A stretch of 64,000 nt of DNA, from positions 46,068,001-46,132,000 of the forward strand of contig OZ076413.1 of the NCBI GenBank assembly GCA_964187785.1. Direction: 5' to 3'. Numbering within the stretch: the stretch's first letter is position 1; each line of letters opens with the position of its first letter. The notes under the pieces are model-generated. The model ran no database searches and was not told the DNA's origin. It saw nothing but the letters and a program-made list of their open reading frames with translations. The DNA comes from Amphiscolops sp. MND2022 (lineage: Eukaryota). Of the stretch, positions 50,232 to 62,300 are shown in pieces. A program made the translations under genes and the position numbers.

Positions 50232-51704
50232 TGTGAGAATCATGACCCGTGGTATCTCTCAAATCTCCTACAGATCGTGAATCCTTCTTTGCAATCTTTA
50301 TTTTAGGCCCAGATGCGCTTTTCTTGTTTTCCTGACTATTAGGGGACAAACTTGCCTCAGTGTCCCTCTGCCCCGTAGAGAACATCGAGTTAGCAATGTT
50401 TTGGATTTCTGGGATGACTCTTTCAGCTATAGCTGCCGTAATGGCTCTATTTATCTGACTATGCATCATTGACCTCATAGAGTCCATCTCTTGAGACAGT
50501 CTAAGGTTGAATTCATTTGAGAAAGTTTCAAAAGACTGTCCAACTTCATTTTGTCTCAGTAAATCATTTTCATGTAGGTAATCTCTATATTCACTTCCTT
50601 GGTACGCATTTGTATCAGCGTCCCCGTGGGTCGACGACTGATCTATAGCATCAGCTAATTCTCTTTCTATGGGATTATTATTCCTATTCCCCAGCATCAC
50701 GTCTAAGTTTTCAAAGTCGGACATCATGTCCATTTCTCTAGATTTCATGGCTTTAGCCTTTTGTTTTCTTGTGGAAGGCATAAGAGATTGTTACAAGATA
50801 AAGAAGTGAATTATCTTTTAGCTTGTAAATACAGTGTGAGATTACTAAACGGTAAGTAACTAGCATGTAGTATCATACAAAAGTTGTTGTCCCCGGGACT
50901 AAATGTCCCGGCTATATATACTTGAAACTACATGACGACCATAATTTAAGCAGTCATGAGCTAAAAATAGCCTTAAGGGCTTTCTAAACATAGCCAATGC
51001 TATAAATAGCAACAAACATCATCATGACGTTATATACATCAGAGGTCCTTTCCGACAGTTAACATATCGGGAAGCCCGTGAGTCCATACGGACAATCAAT
51101 CATATACATGCATAAAACTAAACAGGATACATGTATTTCAACACTGGTTAGGATTGCATGAATTATATGAAAATGCACTGACAGCACGTTGTCTGCCGTA
51201 GTTCATAAGTCCTTTGAGGACTAATAATGCATCATATGGGAATCTAAAGCACCAACAATTATGCAATTGATAATAATCACTAGCTAGCGCTTTTAGTTTA
51301 GTTACGGACTCAGTGTCCAATAGACATGAACGGACCAGCGCTTTATTGACAGGCGGCATATGGCCATCCAGTCCTTTAATCTAATATTATAGTACAGCAA
51401 CGAATCAAGATAATACTGCGCTGTGATTGGCTAACGAGTTAATTGGACTGGCGGACCAAGGCAACAGGCGAGAAAACATTCGAACGCGTTTCCTTTACCT
51501 GTACGCCTTGGTGTCCAATTAACTTACATTTTAACGCCAGTATATTACTTTTACATGCGATTGCATAATACAAAACATATTATGAAGTAAAATATAAGGT
51601 TTACATGACTTTCTAGGATAATTTTAAGAGTTTTGCTTGCAAGTTTAGTTTAGAGGAAGGGTGTAGGGCTGCACTTTCTTTAGAGTCGTGGCAAATTGAA
51701 TAGA
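50232..51704 (-). repeat. 5' LTR of B, truncated at 51704 by element C
   Basis: Similarity to the 3' LTR stops abruptly at 51704, where a new TG (terminal CA on the minus strand) begins. Confidence 0.88.
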
Positions 51705-52014
51705 TGTCGAGCCCCACCGTGGGGGCCGGCTTTGAAGGACCTTTCGAAGTTGATGTTCGATTTTCACTGTCTGTCTTACTTATGACAGCCATCATTAAGT
51801 CCTTCAGTTGGCTAAACTCATTTTGTAGTTCGTTTATCTTTCTTTCATAACTCTCTCTTATTTCAGACAACTGGGACGAGATATCTGAAGTTTCATAGTT
51901 GTCGGAGTCATTGGCGGACGACTGGGCCATGTCTGGATCGGTTGGAACGGGTGTTTCTAACGAGGAACTAATAATTCTTCCACTTCTGAGTTCAGTGCCT
52001 TGATCTGAGTTCAT
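51613..52014 (-). CDS. Probable Gag N-terminus in the 3' LTR of C (103 codons), fused out of register to B's LTR sequence
   Basis: MNSDQGTELRSGR...coiled coil...VGLD, crossing 51705 in phase 1 like A and B. Assignment by analogy only. Confidence 0.55.
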   Translation of the reverse strand: MNSDQGTELRSGRIISSSLETPVPTDPDMAQSSANDSDNYETSDISSQLSEIRESYERKINELQNEFSQLKDLMMAVISKTDSENRTSTSKGPSKPAPTVGLDIYSICHDSKESAALHPSSKLNLQAKLLKLS

Positions 52015-52719
52015 AGAGATGGGAGAAAAAGATTATGAGTGAAGACTCGATTATCTGAGATGTTATTTCGATGTATTTTGCTGTTTTGTCTAAATTTATG
52101 ATCTCCAATTCACTAAATTTGAACAGAGATGTTTTATCGATGGTTAGTACAAGTAAACAAGTCGTCAGGAAAGTAGTAGGAAATTAGTAAGGTGAATAGG
52201 AAAGTTCATCCAATTTTCATCGCAGTTGCAGATGTACCAAGAGAGTAGTTAGCTTGCGATTTTACAGTTTTCAGAGATGAAATAGAGATGTATTTTGTGG
52301 TGAAATTCGACGTCAAATATCCTACTGGATGGTAGCTAATCGCAATTCGGTCTGAGTAATATTTAATGGCGGTCCAATTTACAGCAGTTCACGTGTCTTT
52401 TCAGGCTGGTAAGACGCTAAATCTCTTACCAGCCGCCTCTTATTGGCTATTGCCAGTTGGTGCTAATTGGTAAGTCACGTGACCGTTGTTGTGAACTGCC
52501 GCAAGTTGGCTGAACCACATGGTACATCTACATATGCTAATTATGACTAATCATCACTTTACAATGTCGCAATTACCTGCACGCAGCATCATGGTTTCTA
52601 TAGCAACTCAAATCATTCAATAATGTACTAATTTCAAGTCAAACCAGAGTAAAATGTATCACAGGATGGGAAAACGATGTTTTTCTAACTAATTCTAGCA
52701 CTAAAATCAATACTTCAAA

Positions 52720-53540
52720 ATTAAAGATGGAAATGCGATGAAACTGTCAGAATATTTGCTGATTTTCAAGTCTAGTTTAGCTCTGGATGAAAATGCGATG
52801 AATGGTGGTCTTTTCGCTCGAAAATCAACACGATATAAACTGACGATGACAAAAGGATGAACTCCCCATAAAATTTGCCAATTTCCAGCACTGATTAAAA
52901 TGGCGATGAATTCAGGATGAATCCACTCAGAAAATGCTATTTCTAGCGCAGATCAGTTTTGGCGATGAATTTAAGATGAACTCATGAATAAAAACAGCAA
53001 ATCTCGAAGCAATTCAAACTAGCGATGAGTCTAGGATGAACTTGTGAATTAAAACAGCAACTATTGAAGCAATTCAAACTAGCGATGAGTTTAGGATGAA
53101 CTCATCCACTAAAATGGTAAGTCTCAACACAAGGTGAAATCATGATGAATTAATGATGGATTTACTAAACAAATCAGATAACCAGCGCAATCACTCTTTT
53201 TAGGATGGGTTAAGGATGTACTTTCTCATTTCTCTTCTATGCTAGTATGACGATGAATAAAGGATGTTTTACTGTCCTTAAGAAATGAGAAGCACATTTG
53301 TGAGTTTCTACATGAAATATAACGATGAATTAGTGATGAGTTTTACTAAAATGAGTCCCGTAAAATCCGCTGATGGATTTATGATGAAAAGTAAAGTTTA
53401 TTGTCCCATGCGTGGTTCATTCGCAATTTCGGAGATGGGATTGCGATGAACTTTGTTAACAGCACCAGTAAATCTGCTGATGGATTTAAATGAAATCAAA
53501 TCAGAACCATCACTAAATTAGACGATGAATTTGTGATGTA
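52720..53540 (+). repeat. Degenerate 60-bp-period tandem repeat with paired GATGAA motifs (element C)
   Basis: Units such as AGCGATGAGTCTAGGATGAACTTGTGAATTAAAACAGCAACTATTGAAGCAATTCAAACT recur at 60-bp spacing (52961, 53021, 53081). Confidence 0.8.
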
Positions 53541-55093
53541 TTTTTGATGAAATTTGTCACAACTACAAACTCTGAGGCGGGGAGCTAGTAGAAGTTATAA
53601 CTTTCATCGTTTCTATATCTCGCGGTCCAGTCTGACCGGAAAACTTCTCTCCCTTGTCGTGACAAACCAATATTTAAGAAAAGTAGCACATCTAAGGCTA
53701 ACGGCAAGATCATTTATGCGGACACCGGAACTAGAGCGCTCAGTATTAAGTAGATATATATAACTCACACTCAGGGGGGGGGAAGGGATTAAGGTACAAG
53801 TAACGCAGGGTTGCTCACAACCATGGCTCTTTTTATATGACTTCATATTGCCCATATCTAAGTACATAAGACATAATATTTACATTACAGATATGTAGTA
53901 GATTATATTTCCATCATGCTGGCATGACACTCCCGGGGGTGGGATTTGGACTGAGAGTGCAGGGGCCAAATGTGCAGAGGATGGTTGTCTCGGCGTTGGC
54001 TTCGACTGTTTCCTTCGTTTTGTTGGGGAGAAAATGTCCTTCGTTGGTTCTGAATTGGCATGTCCTTCGTTTGTTCTGTCCTGTGAGAGCTTCTCTGAGA
54101 AGAGGACCTTCGGTAATCGTCATTTCTGGCATCATCCTGGGTGATTTCGGTTAAAATTTTCGACGCGGCAACTCTAATTCTTGGCCCATCGAATGTCCGC
54201 TGATCTGCATTTTATTGGTCGTCATGCTTTTGACGGGAGCTCGGTTTGTTGATTATTTCGGTAGAAATCTCGATTTCCCGGAGAAAAGTTTTCCCCTAGG
54301 CCGCCTACGCTGAGTAAACATTCAAGGCATCTTCATTGACAAATTCGCAGTGAGTTGTCGCCGCCATTCGTCTAAATCCAAATTCTCGGGATGAATGAAC
54401 GATGAATTGTTTGCTCAGTGAGACATCGATGCTGGTTTAGCGGAACGGCTGGCGCCGCTGCTTTGTTTACTCGCGATGGAAAGGAGATGAATCGTCGTCA
54501 TAGCAACTGTCAAAAGTTACTTCCGCTGCTCGACTTTTGAGCGATGAGAAAGAGATTAATTCGTCGCCATAGCAATTGTTGCTCGATCTGATTGGCTGAG
54601 ACTGAATTTATAACTGAAGGAAATTACAACCGGTTGCCAGCAGCATTCTCATCCATAAATCATCCTCCATTCAAGTCGATTTGAAAATCGCCACGATTTC
54701 CTTTGCGCGTTTCCGCTCAACTTCGTCGGCATTGATCTGAGACTGGCAGCTGTCAACAAATCAAATACTTGAAGTTTTTTGTCAAGTCCTAGGAGAGGAC
54801 CATCCATTTTCAGAGAAAGCTTGAGTTGGTTGTACTGGGAAGAAAAGTGATGTCAGTATTTGAAATCGGAGAGTTTTTCATCGATTTTTCATCTTCTGAA
54901 TTCAAGTATTTGATTAACATGGCATTCAAGCTGCGTCGCGCTCTTTGAAATCTTCTATTGAATTTGTTCTTCCGTAATCATGGTTGATCAGGCCATTTAA
55001 TTACTGATCAAATTTTCTGTTCCTGGATTCTTCGATTTCTTTCCTTCTTTCACCTTCTTCCATTCTTTTCAGATTGTTTGCAAATCTACAACG

Positions 55094-58000
55094 ATGTCGG
55101 ACATCTGCTCCGTTCATTCTCTTCCAGAGACTGAAACCACAGAAAGTAAGTGCACTATTTTTTCGTTTCTTTCACAAGCAGGTTAGGGAACAATTAGGTA
55201 CTGAAGGCACGTCTTGCTTTAGCGGACTCAGTCCATTCTGTTGGGGTCATCTCTGACCTGACCACGCTCCAGACCGTTCCGCCTCAACAGGCTCCTGAAG
55301 TCCAAGCAGCAGTTCCAGCAGCTCAGATTCAACCTGAGCAACAATTTGAGCAGGTCCCTAATGTCCCGTACCTTCCACAGTGTAAGTTCCATCCTCTCAG
55401 ATCATCATGTTCAGTCTACAATCTCTTCGTTTCTCATCTCCGATCCATTCAGACACTGACTCTTTCCGTTTGATGTTTAGATCACTACCCTTGGTATGCT
55501 TCTCTTGGCAGTGTCACCTTTGGGTGGTATGACCGCCACATGCGGGACATGCTGCGAGAGAGTATCCTGAAGTATAGTGAGTTAACTCCTCTATACTTTC
55601 TTCCTTGTACTAGGCTATCGTCCTGACACTCCGATGTAATTCCGATGTAAACATCTCATCTGCATGTAGTGCCCTTTATGGTCGATTATCCATGTAATTC
55701 ATTTTTAAGATGAATTAAGGATGTGTCATGAACATTCACAGCTCTTCATGACTGACTCGCTGTAAATCCCATTTTGAAGATGAGTTTTGGATGAAATCTT
55801 CTCCGGTCTTCTTTCTTCGCGCGGCGTACGCGCTCTTTCTTCTCCAATCATCGTCGTCCAGTAATTGTTTCTTTCTTTCAGGTCCAACGCCTATCCATGC
55901 CCCGAGACCGCGTCCCATCACTTACTCCATTGCGATTGGGACCAGTGACTTCGGCAATGACAGCGTCGACGTCAGTACCCAAGGAGGGCCTCCTCAGCTT
56001 GAGCTGTCTTCCTTCTTACAGGATCTCTCCACCAGTTCTCCGGTCGCAAGGGCTCCAGTCTCCGTGTTGTCGCCCAACTTCCAGAGATACTTGGATTGTG
56101 AATTCGCTGCCAGAAGTCCTCCTCCTCCTCGGGTGACTGTGTGCCATGGTACCTCAACGAGGGATGAGGTGCAGCAAGTGGATGTGGCCATCAATACAGT
56201 GTGCAATTCTGCTGACGTAGCAGTGCAAGCTGTTGTGGAGACCAGTGATTCCTCCACCGTGCACGATCCTCCTGTCGAGTAGCCTCCCGTTGCTTCCTCG
56301 TTGATCGCTGACGTCCTTTCGAGGGTGGAGCCAGTCGTTGAACAGCCCGATCTTCCCTCGGCCAGTAGCACTGAGACAGGGGTTGAGATTCCCGAGGACT
56401 TCTCCTTCAGTGGTTCTCCGTCTGTTGGTCCTGATCCTGGCGACGTTGTTCCTGCACCAGACACTGGATTAGGAGAGACCTCACCGTTGGGGCCCAGCCT
56501 CATTGACTCCGATGATGAGCCAATCGCGTCTCGTCTACCAGGTTACCTGAACAGCTTTGAAACCTGTGAAGTATTTGATCAGTAACTTTCCGTTTTTACT
56601 CTTTTCATTTCCGCTTCCACTAGTATTTTTCGCGTTTTTCTCCTTTTTTATCTATTTTCCATCGTTTTAGTTCTTTTCGCTGTTCAGTTTTGCATGTTGT
56701 GTTTTTCATCATTTTCTCATCGTTAAAAGTTTTCGAACATGGCGTTTTTCTCTTTTGTCTTGCATTCTAGCTATTTTAGCCACTTTTCATCTCTTTTACA
56801 TCCTTAAATTTTTCTTTTTCGTTTTGGCTATTTTTCAGTGTTTTCTTTTCGGTTTACATCCCTTTTCCATCGTTAAGTTGTTTTCGCTCTAAAATATCTC
56901 AATTTTGGTTCAAAGTCGTTCTATACATCTCTTTTTCATCGTTCGAGTTTTTCGTCTTTAAAAGTTTCAATTTTCATTCTGGTGGTCTGCAAACACATCT
57001 CTTTTTCATCTTTTCGTTTTTTCTTCGTTTTTCGCTTATATTTCCCGATGAAAATATTATTTTACATCATTTTTTCATCACTCCGGGTGAACTTTGTTAA
57101 TTTTGACGTTATGCTTTTGTATTTTTCGAGTTTTGAGGATGTTTAGAAGGTGTGGTATGTTTATTTGTGTTTTTCGATGGTGTTTTATATGTATGCGGTT
57201 GTGTTTAAAATAGGGAAGAAACGGATCGCTCGGAGTTGGTTCAATCACGCGTATTGTGGCTTAGCTATCGGATATGCGAAATATCACCAGTCCCGTGCAT
57301 CTTACGTGCGGTGCTTGTTGTGCAAGAGGGATATAAAGATCGGAAGTCGTGGCATCACGACTTTTATGGAGCATTGCCGGGGTGTCCAACACCATCGCCT
57401 CGATTGTCTAGTGCGGTTTAGACGCGGGCTAGCATTGCGGGATCGCGACGGCAATCTGATGGCAGTGTCAGACAGTGCGGCTCAATCAGCTCTATTGGAA
57501 GGAGTGACTGTGCCTGTTGTTGAGCGTTGTCCAGATGTTACTCCAGCAGAAGTTTTCCAGATGGAACTCGCAGGGAAACCTGTCTGGGAAGATCTAGAAC
57601 AGGACGAATCGGAAGGCCAGGAACGTACTGTGCGGCTGTTCCTGTGTCTGGTAATTGATGCTCTGTACCGGGACTGTGACCTGCTAAGTGTATGTGGGTT
57701 ATGGGAGCTAATGGTGGCGACCGATGCGCAGCACTTGACCATGTTTGGACGGAGGTGTCGACTGGATGATATTCTGGTAACTATATTTTTATTTTATTAG
57801 TTGTAACTAGTGGCGAATGGGCGGCAAATATAAGATTTGACTTGTGTAGTTTGCATATGTTCCTGAGTTTGCAGATTTTGCTTTTTTGTACAGTATTACA
57901 TTTGTGTTTTAGGGCGTGATCATTTTGGGTTTGTGGCCCTTCGTCATGCGGTGTCTGATTGTTTTGTGGAGTGAGTCGACGTTCAGTAGCTTCTCCATTG

Positions 58001-59806
58001 GCATCGTGGCGGACAGGGTCGTTGGGCGCGTGAGCATGTGTAGCTCAGAAGGGGTCTCGCAGTATATCCTGTTTTCCTTTAGCTACACACAGGATTGGGA
58101 GCCACGATTAGTTTCGTGGATTGTAAACCTACTTTGTAGTGCTGTGAGCGAGATCTGTCCCCTGGGTCTAAATTGTGAGCTGTTCCCGCGGCTAAATCGT
58201 GTCTTGAGCTCAAGTGCTGGAATTGGGATGATTAGTGTAGTACCTGTTCGACTGGCTGACATCAACCGTTTGATAGTGGCTGCTAGCGTGAGGATTCTTG
58301 GGGGTACCGACGTGCATGTCATCCTCAATCATTTGCAGTCTAGATTGAAGCCTTATGTGAAAGATGACCTGTTGTTGTCCTGTCCAAAACTGTTGCGGGT
58401 AAATATCGTAGGGCTTTTTTGTGGTTATTGTAGTGTATGCGTGTAATGGACTCGCTATGTATTAGGTTTTGTAGGGGGGGGTGGTATCTTTCTGTTAATG
58501 AACCTGTTCAAACTTGTGATTTGTTTTTATAGACGGTCTTAGAAGGCGAGGTGTCTTTGTGGGACGTGCCTGACGTTCTCTCTGTGTTGCATGAGAGCTG
58601 GCCTTTCATTTGTGGTGTATTGAGGACACCTAATGACACGGGAGATGTTGATCCGCTGGACTATGTGCTCTGTGGTGATCCTGGTGTTGCGATGCGACTT
58701 CATGTCTTGAGTCTTGTTTTCCGTGCTCGTGAGTATTCTGGTATTATTTATTTCGTGTGTTTGGTTCGGGCGGCTAATTCGGTATTGCGTGTGGGGGGGG
58801 GGGGTTGTATTGGTTTGAAAATTGCGTGTGAAACGTGTGCACAATTCTTATTTGCTTTTTTGTTTCAGTAGTGACCGCGTACCAGTGGAGTCTTAGCGAT
58901 AGTGCAATTCGCGGATGTCACTGGGCATATGAGAGCGCATGTTTTGTACGAGCCCTGTTGGTCTATGTGGTTGACGAGTCGATCTTACCTACAGTGACAG
59001 ATTTACGTGCTTTTCTGGGCATGGTTGTGTCTGGATTGGAATTGAGTGGAGCCAAATTAGAGTTGTTGCGAGGGCGGTTTGCAGTACACTTCGACGACTA
59101 TGAAAATGCATCCCAGTTTGAAGAATGTTTGGTGCAAGTGCAGAATTTCCTGCTCGCAGTCGTTGACGAAGTGCTCAGAGTGAAAGGACTGAAGGATGAG
59201 GTGACATTCTACCTCAGTATCTGCTGTCCGATCATTCTAGCAGAGGCAGAGACAGAACTTGTAATTCAGGAGGCAGGCCGTTTCACGGAGTTACTTCTGG
59301 AACTCAAGCGAATCACGTCAGCAGAGCGGAGACGAATGGATCGCGACATGCCGAACTTTGTGACCAAGTATCGCAGTCTGGTGAGCCCTGAAGTATTAGC
59401 TACGGCTGGTACTGAGATCGACCTGTTTCGGGCGTGTGTTAGTGAATCGTCAGTTCGTTTCCTTCGATTCCTATTATGTCTGTGCGAAAGTCCGCAGTTT
59501 CCGTTGGAAACGAAGTGTGTGCAAGTGGGTCACTTGTCAAGCGATGTCACCAGCAGTGTGTGCGCTACGGTCGTCAGTTACTTGAAAGCACATCGAGTAC
59601 GCCTGTACGAGAGTGTTGAAGGGCCGCTATTAGATGAAGTCTCAGAAGCAATTGGGCGCATCGTGGATCTGTCGGAGTTTACGGAAGATCTCCTTTGGGA
59701 CGACATTGGTATCGTCGCTAGTGAAGACTATCGGCGTCATATGTACGAACAGCTCGGATACGAAATGAATGGAGAGCGTGCAATGAGCCCGGAGATAGGC
59801 AATTAA
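55094..59806 (+). CDS. Antisense spliced zinc-finger/hAT-like gene of element C
   Basis: Core exons 57214-57776, 57913-58398, 58533-58728 and 58869-59806 join in frame with GT..AG introns. Zinc finger VRCLLCKRDIKIGSRGITTFMEHCRGVQHHRLD. Several small 5' exons between 55094 and about 56580 (donors GTAAGT at 55146 and 55382) are less certain, with a stop at 56280-56282. Confidence 0.75.
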
Positions 59807-62300
59807 CTTTAAATGTTGCAAACTCAGTTAGAACTTGTATTATTTATTTTATTTTGTAGTATTAGTGCTTTAATGGGTTACCAGCATTGGATACAGCCTC
59901 TGATGAAGGGGGGAGAGAGGGAAATTTCTGCTGCGTCGGAAAGAGCGGTAGCAGTATTTATTTACTACATTATTTATTTTGGTGCCCAATATCTGTTTTT
60001 CTTTTGAGTTGTTAGCAATAGTTACAAAGGATAGGAAATACATGAAAATCAACAATTTCGTCCAACAGGTCACTTGAAGCAGTGTTTTCGGTTCTTTTGG
60101 ATCATAGTTCATCGTTATTACATCTCGTGTGAGTGTAGTTATTTTGAACAGCGTTTCGTTTGGATTTTTCATCTCACCTTCGTCACGTTTCCCTCAGTCG
60201 GCCGAGCGACGTTGCGAAAACTGTTTTCTCATCTTTTTTACATCGTTAATTATATGCGAATCACTGCATGTTGTTTCATGTGGTTTTTCTACATATATCA
60301 TCGTTTTTTCATCTTGCATTTCATTTTATCATTTTGGCGAGTTATTTGCTGTAGTTCATCGTTTTTGCATCGCAAGTTTTGACTTGTCGAATTTTACTCA
60401 TTTTACTGCATAGTTCATCTTCTTTTCATCGTAGTTTTGGAAAAATATTTATCTTGCGTGTTTTTCGTGTTTATTTTACTATAACGTGATCGAGAGTTGC
60501 CTTTTTCATGGTAGATGAGTGTATTTTATCAATTTTGCGGTATTTTGGGAGTGTTTTCTTCATTTATTTTAGTGTTATATGGTGTTGATCGTTTGTTAGG
60601 TTGTCGAAATTGCATGAAATTTAGTGTGCATGTGTTATACTCATTTTCGTTGCGTTTCGGATTTGTCATAGTTTGAACATTATTGCATGAATCATTTTTC
60701 GTACTCTTGTGACTGCCGCTTGCGTGGCAGTCGAAGAGATGTTCACTCAGCAATGGTATTGGAACCCCGTAGGCGTGCAAGGTACTTGAGGTACCAATCC
60801 AAAGCTGGGTGAGTGGAGCTGCTCCGCTCCATTCAGATGAATGAAATCTCTCAGTTTTGAGCTATATATAGTCTTCATGTTATTTTTACGGTCGGTTGTT
60901 TGTCATCAGATGTCAAAATGGGTTTGTCCATTTGACATTTAATCTGATCAATCAAGGTGATTGACATCTACGGCTTTGCATGTTTCGAATTATTAGGTTT
61001 TGTGATATTGTGTGGTTTCATGTTTGCGTGTTTTCATAATGTATTCCTTTAAATGGGTTGCCCCATTATCGACATGTTGTTATATGTCCGGTGGTAGTTT
61101 CATGTATTTTAATTTGGTGTTTTTATTTTCGTTCATTTGGACAGGGCTTTGTCGTCACAAAGCCCCTACAAAACTAACTGAGAATCCACTAGCCGCTGGA
61201 TAACCAACGCAGCAAGCTTCATCCGAATATGGTTGTGAGCTCCCCGCCTCAACTAACCAGCACTCTTTTCAGAGAAATGCCAGCCAGCACGAAGGAATGT
61301 TTTTGGCTTTTCGATAGGGGTATTTTGCTTGTTATGAACTGATGTTTACTGGGGGGTGCTCACTCCTTTATTCGTTTTGTGGGTGTTTCGTCAGTTTTTA
61401 TATTTTGCATGTAAGTTAGTAGGCTTCATGTATTTTCGATTGTTTGTTTCATTTTTATTCGTCTAGGTTTGGATGGCTTTGGTGTGAATTGCATATATTA
61501 TCTCGTTCATTTTTAAACGGTACATGTGTATTTCCGTGCGTTGCTCATTTGTGCTGCATGTAGTTTGGAATTGTTAATTTCTTTCGTGACGTCATTGATT
61601 TGGCAGGTCTTTGAACTTTACATGTATTGATCATTTCATTTTTGTGTCGCATAATTCTGTTTGCATGATTCGAAATAAAGTCGGTTGTTTTTTATCGTTT
61701 CGTGGAGTTACATGTTGTTTGAGAATTAGCTGATTTATTGTGATGTTATGTTGATGGTGTTTCCCATCACAAGGAGGTTTTGGTAAGTCATTTAATATTT
61801 TCGAATTTCCATTTAGACTAAATTCATCGTTTTGACATCCTCCAGCGAAGCTAGAGTATTGTGTCAGGTTAACGATAAATTCGGTCACGATTTGATGGTA
61901 GTGTCCATCACAAATTCATCTCGTTAATTGATTTCATGTAATTTATGAATAATTGGATCGAGTTCATCGCTATTTCATCCTCTAGCCGAGCTAGAGTCTT
62001 ATGATAGCATGAACGTGAGTGCGTTCGCATTCTGATGGTATTTTCCATCTCAAATGCATCGCTAGTAAATATTGCATGTTGATTGGTCGAATTTTTGACT
62101 GAGTTCATCACTTTTTCATCTCTCGTGTGTCTGAGCTAAATTTTCATGTGATTTCATCCTTTTTTCATCTCAAATTTTTGTGTGTTGTTTTTTCTGGTTT
62201 TTTGGTCGTTTTTCATCCGTTTTACATCGTGTTTTGTTTTTACGCGTTTTTCATGTGATTTTTAGTAACTTTTCATCCATTTTACATCTTCATGTTCATT

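Larger units (their letters stand above)
49110..50781 (-). pseudogene. gag: gag of B, starting inside the 5' LTR
   Basis: Fragments 50781-50047, 50019-49600 and 49637-49110. Capsid-like FDGKSENF..; zinc knuckles CSYCKATGHHYYKSC and CDICGKKNNSTERC. Confidence 0.88.
36288..51704 (-). mobile_element. Ty3/Gypsy LTR retrotransposon B (gag-pol, antisense gene, ORF-X), decayed
   Basis: Direct repeats 36288-37759 and 50232-51704 with scattered substitutions, terminal CA, PBS, gag zinc knuckles and PR-RT-RH-IN order. Confidence 0.95.

Noticed and set aside
53555..53889. Possible small solo LTR (TGTCAC...TTACA) within element C
   Set aside because: No TSD and no second copy in the window.
53914..54135. 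73-aa ORF as the ORF-X counterpart in element C
   Set aside because: Right position and strand, but none of the ORF-X motifs.
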